A stretch of 64,000 nucleotides of DNA from an uncultured Acidobacteriota bacterium (GTDB taxonomy: Bacteria > Acidobacteriota > UBA6911). Below are positions 10,392 to 18,780 of the stretch, piece by piece. Location: the NCBI GenBank assembly GCA_963809485.1, contig CAWEJX010000008.1:96001-160000 (forward strand), read 5' to 3'. How positions within the stretch are numbered: the first letter of the stretch is position 1; the number at the start of each line of letters is the position of its first letter. The position numbers were made by a program, and so were the translations under genes. The notes beneath the pieces were generated by a model. That model worked only from the letters and a program-made list of their open reading frames with translations. It was not told the origin of the DNA and did not search any database.

Positions 10392-10633
10392 CGTCCTATT
10401 AGTTGGACATTGGAATGCGGAAAATAGTCGAACAATATTTTTGCCCCGGCACAAAATGCTGCTTGGTTTAGCTGCAATTTTATACGAGCGTCACCCGATC
10501 CCGGGAAAGCCAAAATTCCATGAATCGACCGGCGGGAAAATCCAGACCCCCTGGTTCGTGACCGACTTCAGACTGGGCCGGGGCGTGCTGGTGGATGAGT
10601 GGAAGTAACAAAGGGATGATAGCCTGCCCTTTG

Positions 10634-10691
10634 GAGTCTTCGGGCCTTTTGGGTCGACCCTGAAGGACCAACCTCAAAGGTCCGAAGACTC
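10634..10691. repeat. Intergenic hairpin
   Basis: GAGTCTTCGGGCCTTT ... AAAGGTCCGAAGACTC inverted repeat. Confidence 0.6.
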
Positions 10692-10709
10692 GATGAACCG
10701 TATATGCCC

Positions 10710-10737
10710 GTTGACAGATGTGGCGCAATCGGTCAAC
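10710..10737. promoter_or_regulatory. Candidate operator overlapping a TTGACA upstream of mmsA
   Basis: GTTGACAGAT-N8-ATCGGTCAAC, a 9/10 inverted repeat. Confidence 0.4.
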
Positions 10738-10800
10738 CTTTTAATTTTGCGGCACTTTGCCGGGGCAAACCGATAACCAAACTATAGGGACCGTAAAAGA

Positions 10801-12399
10801 ATGCCAGGCACAGCGGAAAACAGATATTTCTTCCGGGACGATAATTTGGACGTTGATCCAATCAGCAGGGAGAAGCCGATAAAACTGAAATTTTATGCCG
10901 GCGGACAATGGATCCAGTCCGGAGCGGGCAAATATATGCCCTGCTACAATCCATCTACTGGCGCCGTCATCGCGTACGCTCCCCAATGTTCAGCCGAAGA
11001 GGTCGATCAGACCATACGGGCGGCCGTCGAAGCCTACCCGGCCTGGTCCAACACGCCGGTGAGCAAGCGCGTCCAGGTGCTTTTCAATCTGAAAGCCTTG
11101 ATGGATAAGCACCTGGAAGAACTGACGTTCCTGCTGGCAAAAGAAATGGGCAAAAAGTGGGACGAAGCGATGGGCGACGTCCTCAAAGTCACCGAAGTTG
11201 TGGAGTACGCATGTGGCGCGCCCCACATCATGAAGGGTGATGCCCTGATGAATGTCTCGACCGGATACGACACGACCCGTTACAACCATCCCATCGGTGT
11301 GTTCGCCGGCATCGCGCCGTGGAACTTCCCCGCCATGATTCCTCAGGGCTGGATGGCGCCCATATGCATCGCGACGGGCAACTGCATGGTTCTTAAGGCG
11401 GCCAGTTTCGTCCCGCAATCCGCCATGCGCATTGCCGAACTGTGGGAGGAAGCGGGTCTTCCCCCCGGCGTGCTCAACATCATCACTGCCGGACGCAACG
11501 AAGCGGAAATTTTCCTGCGCCACCCGGACATCAAGGGCGTCTCCTTCGTGGGATCGACGAGCGTCGGGTTGCACATTTATTCCACGGCGGCGGCCAACGG
11601 GAAAAGGGTGCAGGCACTAACGGAGGCAAAAAATCACGCCCTGGTCCTGCGCGACTGCAAACTGGACCGGACGGCACAGGGAATCATCAACGCCTTCTGC
11701 GGATGCGCCGGAGAACGCTGCATGGCCTTGCCGGTGGTGGTTGTAGAAAATGCCATCGCCGATCCGCTGGTGGCGCTGCTGAAAAAATATGCGTCGGAGA
11801 TGAAGATCGGTCCGGCATACGAGAAATCCACCGACATGGGACCGCTTGTTAACCAGGGACACCTGGACTCTGTGCTCCGATGGATCGATACCGGCATCAA
11901 GGAAGGAGCCGAACTGGTGCTGGACGGACGCAACTTCAAGGCCCCGGCCGGCCATGAAAAAGGCTTTTACCTGGGCCCGACCATCTTCGACAGAGTTACG
12001 GAAGAGATGTCGATCGGGCGGGAGGAGATTTTCGGCCCCGTAGTCTGCATCAAGCGTGTCGAGGGATTCGAAGAAGGCTTGAAAATCATGAATTCCAGCC
12101 GGTTTGCCAACGGCTCGGTCATCTATACACAAAACGGCTACTATGCGCGCACATTCGCCAAGGAAACGCACGGCGGGATGGTCGGCATCAACGTAGGCAT
12201 TCCGGTTCCCCTGGGAATTTTCGGCTTTACCGGACAGAAACAGTCTTTCTTCGGCGACCTCCACATGATGGGCCGCGACGGATTTATCTTCTATACGGAA
12301 AGCAAGAATGTCACCCAGACCTATTTCCCGGAGGATAAAGAGCAGATCGGCAAAGTAGACACCTGGGACGGCACCATTACGTCCATGCCCAAATCCTAA
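10801..12399 (+). CDS. mmsA: CoA-acylating (methyl)malonate-semialdehyde dehydrogenase
   Basis: PWNFPAMIP, SFVGST, AKNH, GCAGERCMA, EEIFGP, GMVGINVGIPVP. Confidence 0.92.
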   Translation: MPGTAENRYFFRDDNLDVDPISREKPIKLKFYAGGQWIQSGAGKYMPCYNPSTGAVIAYAPQCSAEEVDQTIRAAVEAYPAWSNTPVSKRVQVLFNLKALMDKHLEELTFLLAKEMGKKWDEAMGDVLKVTEVVEYACGAPHIMKGDALMNVSTGYDTTRYNHPIGVFAGIAPWNFPAMIPQGWMAPICIATGNCMVLKAASFVPQSAMRIAELWEEAGLPPGVLNIITAGRNEAEIFLRHPDIKGVSFVGSTSVGLHIYSTAAANGKRVQALTEAKNHALVLRDCKLDRTAQGIINAFCGCAGERCMALPVVVVENAIADPLVALLKKYASEMKIGPAYEKSTDMGPLVNQGHLDSVLRWIDTGIKEGAELVLDGRNFKAPAGHEKGFYLGPTIFDRVTEEMSIGREEIFGPVVCIKRVEGFEEGLKIMNSSRFANGSVIYTQNGYYARTFAKETHGGMVGINVGIPVPLGIFGFTGQKQSFFGDLHMMGRDGFIFYTESKNVTQTYFPEDKEQIGKVDTWDGTITSMPKS

Positions 12400-12508
12400 C
12401 GTGGAACGTTTGAACGCTCGAACGTTGAACGCTGAGTTCTGCAGTATGGCGTTTGGTATCGCCCAAAGGGGGTGCTCATTAACGTTCAACGTTCAAACGT
12501 TCCACGTT
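12398..12508. repeat. AACGTT-based inverted tandem array between convergent genes
   Basis: Perfect 19-bp inverted repeat, 12398-12416 vs 12490-12508, plus extra GAACG(T/C) units. Confidence 0.8.
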
Positions 12509-12515
12509 CAAACCA

Positions 12516-12860
12516 CTATCCTGAGGGCGGCCGGTTGTTGGGCGGAGGCGGATTTTTCATCCCCAGGCGAAACAGTTCGCCGGTGCTCTTTCGTTTCCAG
12601 TTGACCGAGATCCTCTGGCTTGTGGGATGGAGCATGGCAATCGCGCCGGGCGCGGGACACTCCTCGACGCACCCCCCGCAGTACCAGCACTCCTCGGGAT
12701 AGAGAACAATCGGCGGTTGGCCTGCTTTGGGATTCGGCATCAGGACGTCCGTCGGGCACACCTCCACGCAGGAATAGCAGCCCGTGCACACATCCGCATC
12801 GAAAGCCACCGCCTTGTTGGGACTGGGCGGATTGGGCACCATATAGATTTTATCGCTCAT
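12516..12860 (-). CDS. 2x[4Fe-4S] ferredoxin, AprB-like
   Basis: CTGCYSCVEVCP and YPEECWYCGGCVEECP. Confidence 0.88.
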   Translation of the reverse strand: MSDKIYMVPNPPSPNKAVAFDADVCTGCYSCVEVCPTDVLMPNPKAGQPPIVLYPEECWYCGGCVEECPAPGAIAMLHPTSQRISVNWKRKSTGELFRLGMKNPPPPNNRPPSG

Positions 12861-12875
12861 CTTCGTCTCTCCTTT

Positions 12876-14888
12876 TCAAACCCGCGGCTCGCGATCGCCG
12901 CAATGCGCCCTGTAATTCTCTTCGTAAGTGGGGGCAAAAGGCGTTTTGAGAAAATAATCCAGCGGCAGTTCCCGCGCTGAAGCTTCTCCCTGCACCTGCT
13001 TCACGGCCAGCAGCTTGTTCCATTCCGGCGGATCCATTTCGGCATAATCCAGCCTGTGGAAGTCCAGGATGCCGCTGCTCGCCTTGCGCGCCAGCGAGGC
13101 GTGCATCATGGCCTCTCCAAAGTCCACCAGCGAAGAGCATTCCATCAGGCGTCCAAGTTCATGCGGATTTGAAGAAAAGGCGTCGGCCAATTCCTTCTGG
13201 CGAAGCTCTCCAAGCAGCCTCAATCCCGATTTCAAGGTCCGTTCATTTTTGTATTTGCCGCAGTAGTCCTGCATGACGCGGGCGATGGCCATATTGATTT
13301 CCTTCCAGCCAATGCCGTCCCGGTTCCGGCGCACCGAGGCATACACCCGAGCCCTTTCCGCTTCCACCTGATGGGGATCCACGATGGCCCCGGGGGCAGT
13401 CCTGGTATATTGCGCAGCTTTCCTGCCCGCATAGCGTCCCGTGGTATGGGATTCCCCATGGCATCCCCCGCCATAAGCCGCGCTGCCGGACCCTGCATAC
13501 AATCCCTCCAGCGAGGTCCGGAGATCCCAGTCCACCATGTAGCTTCCGCCGCCGGACCGTATGTGAGGCGGCGTGTTCATACCCGCCGCCCAGAAGCATG
13601 AGTTGGCATAGGCCTCGAGCGTCATAACCGGCGCCTGGAGCAGGTCCTGATCGGGATCGAAGCCGGCCTTGGTGAAAGTGTCGTAAATGGGGATTCTGGT
13701 CTTCCCTTCGCTGCCAACCATAAGGCCCCACAGAACACGACGCTCGTGTTCCGACATGCGGGTCAGATCGATGTACAGCGGCAAAACAAACTCGCCCTTG
13801 CGGATTCGTTCGGGCAGATCGAACACCGGATTGTTCTGGCGGTACTGGGGAAGATAGGCCGAAATTCCGATGCCGATGCCCAGTTGAAATTTCTGTCCCG
13901 GGCCGCAGGCAAAGCGCTGGTGTTGAGTCTGAATCGGCTGGCCGAAAGCGTCAACCCAGGGTACTTCCTTGCCGTTGGCATCCACGATGGGTGCGCCGTG
14001 ATAAGTGTTGCTGGCGTTTCCCATGCTGTAGGGCGCATAGCCGAAGCCGCTCAGCGTATTGGGCCCGGTTTTCTCCATCAGGACAAGCTCTGCCCCCGCC
14101 TTCCAGCCAATGGCATGGCCGACGCCGGCCGACGTCATGTCCGACATGGAAGCGGAAGCCGTCAGCTCCGGCAGGCACTGGAACAGGCGGCCGGCCCCGC
14201 CGGTTGCCACGACGGTAGCCTTGGCCTTGAACACATAGAACTCGCCGGTGCGCGTGTTGATGCCCGTAGCGCCGACAACCCTGCCACCCTGCCTGCCTCC
14301 CTCCGTCAGCAGGCTGGTTGCGCAGATGCGGTTCTGAATATTGACGCCGAGGCGCTTCATCTCGTTGTAGATCACGGGCTTTATGTTCCATCCCCAGACA
14401 CGCAGGATGTGCCGGTTATCGTAATCGTAGGCAAACAGGAGTTTTGTTTTTTCGTCTCTGAACTCGGCTCCCTTGAACTCGTCCCGCACATCGCGGATCT
14501 GCAATCCCCAGGTTTCGCATTCCATCAGCGAATCCCAGCTCTCGTTCGTGATGATGTAACGGACATGCGCGCCGGTATAGCCCTGCATGCTGTCGTAACA
14601 GCCTTTCGTGTACTCCTCGGGAGTCACTTTGGAACAAGGATTTGTGCAAGCGCCGTGCCAGTGGTCGACACCGGCGCCGCCCGATCCGCTTCTCTTGGCG
14701 TGTCCCGCATCGGCCAGAACGACGGATGCGCCGGTCTGCGCCGCGCTGATGGCTGCGCGAACGCCGGCAACACCCCCGCCTATCACGAGCACATCCGAAG
14801 AGATTTCATTCACTTTCCCGTAGTTGACAGGATAGGGCCATTCAGGCACCTGCCCCTCACGCTGAACATACTCATGCCAGATGCTCAT
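12876..14888 (-). CDS. FAD-dependent oxidoreductase, AprA/SdhA/FrdA superfamily
   Basis: DVLVIGGGVAG, RSGSGGAGVDH, VATGGAGR, TSLEGLYAG; C-terminal helical domain (ASLARKAS..HRLDY). Confidence 0.85.
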   Translation of the reverse strand: MSIWHEYVQREGQVPEWPYPVNYGKVNEISSDVLVIGGGVAGVRAAISAAQTGASVVLADAGHAKRSGSGGAGVDHWHGACTNPCSKVTPEEYTKGCYDSMQGYTGAHVRYIITNESWDSLMECETWGLQIRDVRDEFKGAEFRDEKTKLLFAYDYDNRHILRVWGWNIKPVIYNEMKRLGVNIQNRICATSLLTEGGRQGGRVVGATGINTRTGEFYVFKAKATVVATGGAGRLFQCLPELTASASMSDMTSAGVGHAIGWKAGAELVLMEKTGPNTLSGFGYAPYSMGNASNTYHGAPIVDANGKEVPWVDAFGQPIQTQHQRFACGPGQKFQLGIGIGISAYLPQYRQNNPVFDLPERIRKGEFVLPLYIDLTRMSEHERRVLWGLMVGSEGKTRIPIYDTFTKAGFDPDQDLLQAPVMTLEAYANSCFWAAGMNTPPHIRSGGGSYMVDWDLRTSLEGLYAGSGSAAYGGGCHGESHTTGRYAGRKAAQYTRTAPGAIVDPHQVEAERARVYASVRRNRDGIGWKEINMAIARVMQDYCGKYKNERTLKSGLRLLGELRQKELADAFSSNPHELGRLMECSSLVDFGEAMMHASLARKASSGILDFHRLDYAEMDPPEWNKLLAVKQVQGEASARELPLDYFLKTPFAPTYEENYRAHCGDREPRV

Positions 14889-15023
14889 CGCATGTCCTCC
14901 TTCCGATTCATACCTGCGTTTGTTTCCTCTTCAATGTCAGGAGACTAACACCGGGCGGCGCCGAGTTTCAACCGGCAAAAGCGACCGGATTTACCCGTGA
15001 GGCAGCAGCAGTCCTGCAAAGGC

Positions 15024-15290
15024 TGAATCCAATGGGCGATCCACCGGCTCTGTCGGTGAGGCAGTTTCAGTTTGGCCAATATTGTGTTTTAAATATCGAA
15101 TGTCGAATATCGAACCGCAGAATATGTGGCCGGACTTCGATATTCATCATTCGTAATTCGACATTCTGCGGTTCAAAAAGCTGTAAAGGTTTTTATTGCG
15201 CGCCAAACCGGTTTTGTCTTTTATCGGTTGCGATCAGGTCCGTTTGACGAACAGGACCCAAAGTTTCAGCGGTTAGGGCTGATGAATGGG
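15024..15290. mobile_element. Non-autonomous IS200/IS605-end element, type B, inverted copy
   Basis: Reverse complement matches 47880-48138 (CCTGATCGCAACCGATAAAAGA; GCTTTTTGAACCGCAGAATG; end ATCCAATGGGCGATCCACCGGCTCTG..CAGTTTG). Confidence 0.72.
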
Positions 15291-15313
15291 ATTGATGGCT
15301 TTTGGCTGAAGCC

Positions 15314-16039
15314 CTATTTGGAGCCGGGGGCCAGCAGGACCGTTTCTCCCTTATGGCTCAGCACGGCTCCGTCCGGCGTAATGCTTTCGATAAGATAAAG
15401 GCCGTTTATCGAATCCCCCTCAACATATTTCCTGCCGTCGATGAAAACCAGCCGCCCTGTTTTGGCCTCATCATAAACCAGTATGCTGAGATTCATTTTT
15501 TCGGCAGCCTCGCGAAGTGTCGCTGGTTTTGCAGCGGAAACGGCACCCGCATCCGGCACCTCGTCCTCGGCAGGTTGATCCTCTGCGTCCGGAACGGGCT
15601 GAATCTGCGCACGCGCCTTTTCGACAAGGCCTGCCTGCGGCTTCTCTCTATCAGGAACTGCGGCCGTTTCCCGGCTGGAAAGCCTGGTTCCGCGACGGCC
15701 TGAAGCGGCCTGTTGCAACGCTGCAGTATCCGCCGTTGGCGAAGTGAAAGGATCGCCGGCCGGGGCGGGAAAAACCTCGACGGGCGCCGCTTCGGGTTTA
15801 GGGGATTTGATGTTTCGTACCACGCCGGCCTGCATGGGAGCCGCCGGTTCGGAGACCGGTTTTAGGTAGCGAAAGGCAAGCACGGCCGCTATCGCAATGC
15901 CTATCACCAACGAGGCTGCAAGGATCCATGGACGGAGCTTTCGCATATTTGGGAAATCATGCACTGTCGTGAGCGTCGGCACCCGCGCGATGCCTCGCTC
16001 TCTTTCCGCCTTTTTCAACGCGTCCAGGATATACGACAT
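15314..16039 (-). CDS. gspB: General secretion pathway protein B-like
   Basis: MSYILDALKKAERER N-terminus, TM helix, Pro/Ala linker, C-terminal VFIDG..EGD domain. Confidence 0.85.
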   Translation of the reverse strand: MSYILDALKKAERERGIARVPTLTTVHDFPNMRKLRPWILAASLVIGIAIAAVLAFRYLKPVSEPAAPMQAGVVRNIKSPKPEAAPVEVFPAPAGDPFTSPTADTAALQQAASGRRGTRLSSRETAAVPDREKPQAGLVEKARAQIQPVPDAEDQPAEDEVPDAGAVSAAKPATLREAAEKMNLSILVYDEAKTGRLVFIDGRKYVEGDSINGLYLIESITPDGAVLSHKGETVLLAPGSK

Positions 16040-16058
16040 AGCTTCCGCCTGCTCCCCT

Positions 16059-17765
16059 TCACGGGGAATTCCGGGCGATCGAGGGCCCTTTGGGTTCCGC
16101 GGCGGCTGTGGTCATTCGAACGAGAGTTTCCGTGCTAACCAGCCCGCTTTGAGCCAGCGACCGCGCGCCTTGAAACTTTATGACGCGCTTCCGCAGGTCC
16201 TCATCGTAAAGGTCCGAAGCCGAAGGATCCGCTAGCTTCCCCTCCCATTGATCCAAGGCCTGGCGCACCCATCGAACTTCCTCGCCCCGGCTTCCGGGGG
16301 AGAGATTACGCGCTGCAAAAGGGGGCTTCCAGATCATAATTATCGAGCCGTCCCACAACTCATTGATCTCCGAGAGCCGGCAGGCGTATGTCCGGTCCCC
16401 GATCGAAATCTTCGCCGTTTCCGTTCCCAATCCCAGAAGTGTTACGCGGTGCCGCGTTCCGTCGGGCAATTCCAGTTCCAGTATTGCGGGCAGATCGTAT
16501 CGGCGGAGCTTTGCCCAATTGCCCGCCAGGAAGAGGCATTCGAATCCATGGGCGCGCGCCACCCTGCATCCATAATCCGAAGGACCCAGGGAAATTTCCG
16601 CCCCCCAGCGTGCGAACAGGCTGGTAAAGCTGTCTCGCGCTTTGCCGCGCAAAGCCGGATTGCCGAGAACTTCGGCCAGGCTTGGACCGGCGGGCGGCGC
16701 AGGCTTGGGAGGCGCAGCCGCAGGCGGAAGCGCAACAATATCCGGTTTCAGGTTTTCCGCCGCAGCCGACGGGAGAACGGGCACGGGCGCGATCGCGGGG
16801 GATATTGCGCTGCCGGAATTTTCGGACTTCACTGCTGCCGCTGGACGTTGGCCCCGATAGCCGGGTGATTTCAGGAAAACCATGATTCCAGCCAGGACCA
16901 AAGCCAGCGCCAGGATTCCTGCCACCCATTCAGGCTGGATCTTACGATACCAGGGGATGATTCCCTGCGTTTCACGGGCAGCGCGGCGGACGATACCCGC
17001 GCTGACCGCCTTTTTGTCCGAAGCGTAGGTGCCGAGCAGAGCCCGGTCGCAGATAATGTTTATCAGGCGCGGGCTGCCTCGGGAAAGCCGATATACCCGG
17101 CGCATTGCCCGGGACGCAAAGAGCGGTTCCCGCCCGCCTGCAACTGCCAAACGGTGTTGGATATAGGCATAGGTTTCACGCCGGGATAGAGCTTCCAGGT
17201 GATACCGGGCCGTGATCCGCTGGGTCAGCTGCCGAAGCCCTTTGCGTTTCAGAATGGACAACAGTTCCGGCTGGCCGAGCAGGATTATCTGGAGGAGTTT
17301 CTCCCGTGAGGTTTCCAGGTTTGTCAGAAGCCGGATCTGCTCCAGAACATCCATGTCGAGATTTTGAGCTTCATCGATAATAAGCACCGTGCGGCGACGA
17401 CGGGAATGGGACTCGAGCAGATGCCGGTTCAGCGCATCGATAAGAAGTTTGATGCTCGCCTTTTCCGCCGGGTGGGGCATCCCAAGCTCGTCGCAGACGG
17501 TCTCGAGCAGTTCGGACGCCGTAAGGCGGGGATTCAGGATAAGGGCGACGTCCGTGTCGGGAGGCATCTGTTTGACAAGGCAGCGGCACAATGTGGTTTT
17601 TCCGGCCCCTATTTCCCCCGTAAGCTGAACGAAGCCGCCCGAAGCCTGCACTCCATAAAAAAGGTGTGCAAGCCCCTCCCGGTGCCGCTCGCTCATATAG
17701 AGAAACCGCGGATCGGGAGTCAGCGAAAAGGGAGGCTCATTCAGCTTGAAATATTCGAGATACAT
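16059..17765 (-). CDS. gspA: ExeA/GspA AAA ATPase with peptidoglycan-binding domain
   Basis: PFSLTPDPRFLY, GEIGAGKTT, IIDEAQNL, GQPEL, PRLINIICDRAL; TM helix; C-terminal PG-binding-like region. Confidence 0.9.
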   Translation of the reverse strand: MYLEYFKLNEPPFSLTPDPRFLYMSERHREGLAHLFYGVQASGGFVQLTGEIGAGKTTLCRCLVKQMPPDTDVALILNPRLTASELLETVCDELGMPHPAEKASIKLLIDALNRHLLESHSRRRRTVLIIDEAQNLDMDVLEQIRLLTNLETSREKLLQIILLGQPELLSILKRKGLRQLTQRITARYHLEALSRRETYAYIQHRLAVAGGREPLFASRAMRRVYRLSRGSPRLINIICDRALLGTYASDKKAVSAGIVRRAARETQGIIPWYRKIQPEWVAGILALALVLAGIMVFLKSPGYRGQRPAAAVKSENSGSAISPAIAPVPVLPSAAAENLKPDIVALPPAAAPPKPAPPAGPSLAEVLGNPALRGKARDSFTSLFARWGAEISLGPSDYGCRVARAHGFECLFLAGNWAKLRRYDLPAILELELPDGTRHRVTLLGLGTETAKISIGDRTYACRLSEINELWDGSIIMIWKPPFAARNLSPGSRGEEVRWVRQALDQWEGKLADPSASDLYDEDLRKRVIKFQGARSLAQSGLVSTETLVRMTTAAAEPKGPSIARNSP

Positions 17766-18209
17766 GCATGTGTTACTGGACGCCGTTGCCATTGAGTGCC
17801 GTATAGCTTTCCGCTTCCTGAAGACAATGCCGGCGATGCAGCCGGCTTTCCCCACGGTCTTGCGCAGAATATACCAAAGAGAAGCATACTTCGTAAAACA
17901 TTGATTTGGGCTCCTCTTATGCAAAAAACAGCGCAAACTGCGCGAAACACGACTCAATCCGTAAAGCCGGCAACCGCCCTGAATCCGTGCCGGATCGCCC
18001 GCGTTGTTCTGCGCACTTTCCAGAGTCTGCGGGCATTCGCTGATCCTGAGAGGACAAATCCCGCGGGTTTCCTGCAAAGTGATAGGAATAGGGACGAAAA
18101 CATGAAAGTATCCATGACCGGCCAGGTGCGAGATTCAGTTTGGAAAATGGAGGCATTCGTGCTAATTGATGAACAGCGGTTAAATCCATTCGGGAGAGGA
18201 GCCGGAAAA

Positions 18210-18725
18210 ATGAATCTTGAAAATGCAATACAGATGGCCCTGAAATATGAAGGCGGTGTCCACCGGATATACCTCGAGGCGATGAAAAAAACCTCCGACA
18301 ATTCCGCCAAGCGCATTTTCGAGCAATTGTGCCGGGAGGAAAGGAGTCACCTGGCTTATTTACGGGAACGCCTGGACGAGTGGCATAAAGAGGGAAAAAT
18401 CCACGTGAAGAAGCTGGGGACATCAATCCCTGCGCGTGCGGTAATAGAAAAAAGCCTGAAGGACCTGGGCAAAACCGTAAAGCCGAAGCCTACCCGGCGG
18501 CTGCTGGAACTCAAATTGCTGAGACAGGCGCTGGCCGCGGAGGTCAAAACCTCCACCTTCTTTAAAAAAATGGTCCAGACGCTTGATGCCGAGGGGCAGA
18601 AGATGTTCCAGCGCTTCGTGGAGATAGAGGAAGGCCATGAAGCCATCGTTCAGGCTGAAATAGACAGCATGACCAATTTGGGGTTCTGGTTCGACACACC
18701 CGAATTCCGTCTGGAGATGGAATAG
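18210..18725 (+). CDS. Rubrerythrin/ferritin-like four-helix protein
   Basis: Paired E..ExxH motifs (EERSH, EEGH); RBS before ATG at 18210. Confidence 0.85.
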   Translation: MNLENAIQMALKYEGGVHRIYLEAMKKTSDNSAKRIFEQLCREERSHLAYLRERLDEWHKEGKIHVKKLGTSIPARAVIEKSLKDLGKTVKPKPTRRLLELKLLRQALAAEVKTSTFFKKMVQTLDAEGQKMFQRFVEIEEGHEAIVQAEIDSMTNLGFWFDTPEFRLEME

Positions 18726-18780
18726 CGCGCTGCCGGAGGAGCGACGGAGCCTCCCCACAACCGGCCTGATTCGCGTGACG

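Noticed and set aside
17766-18209. Long N-terminal extensions of ExeA and the rubrerythrin-like ORF
   Set aside because: They overlap each other across a divergent intergenic region; homology begins at downstream ATGs
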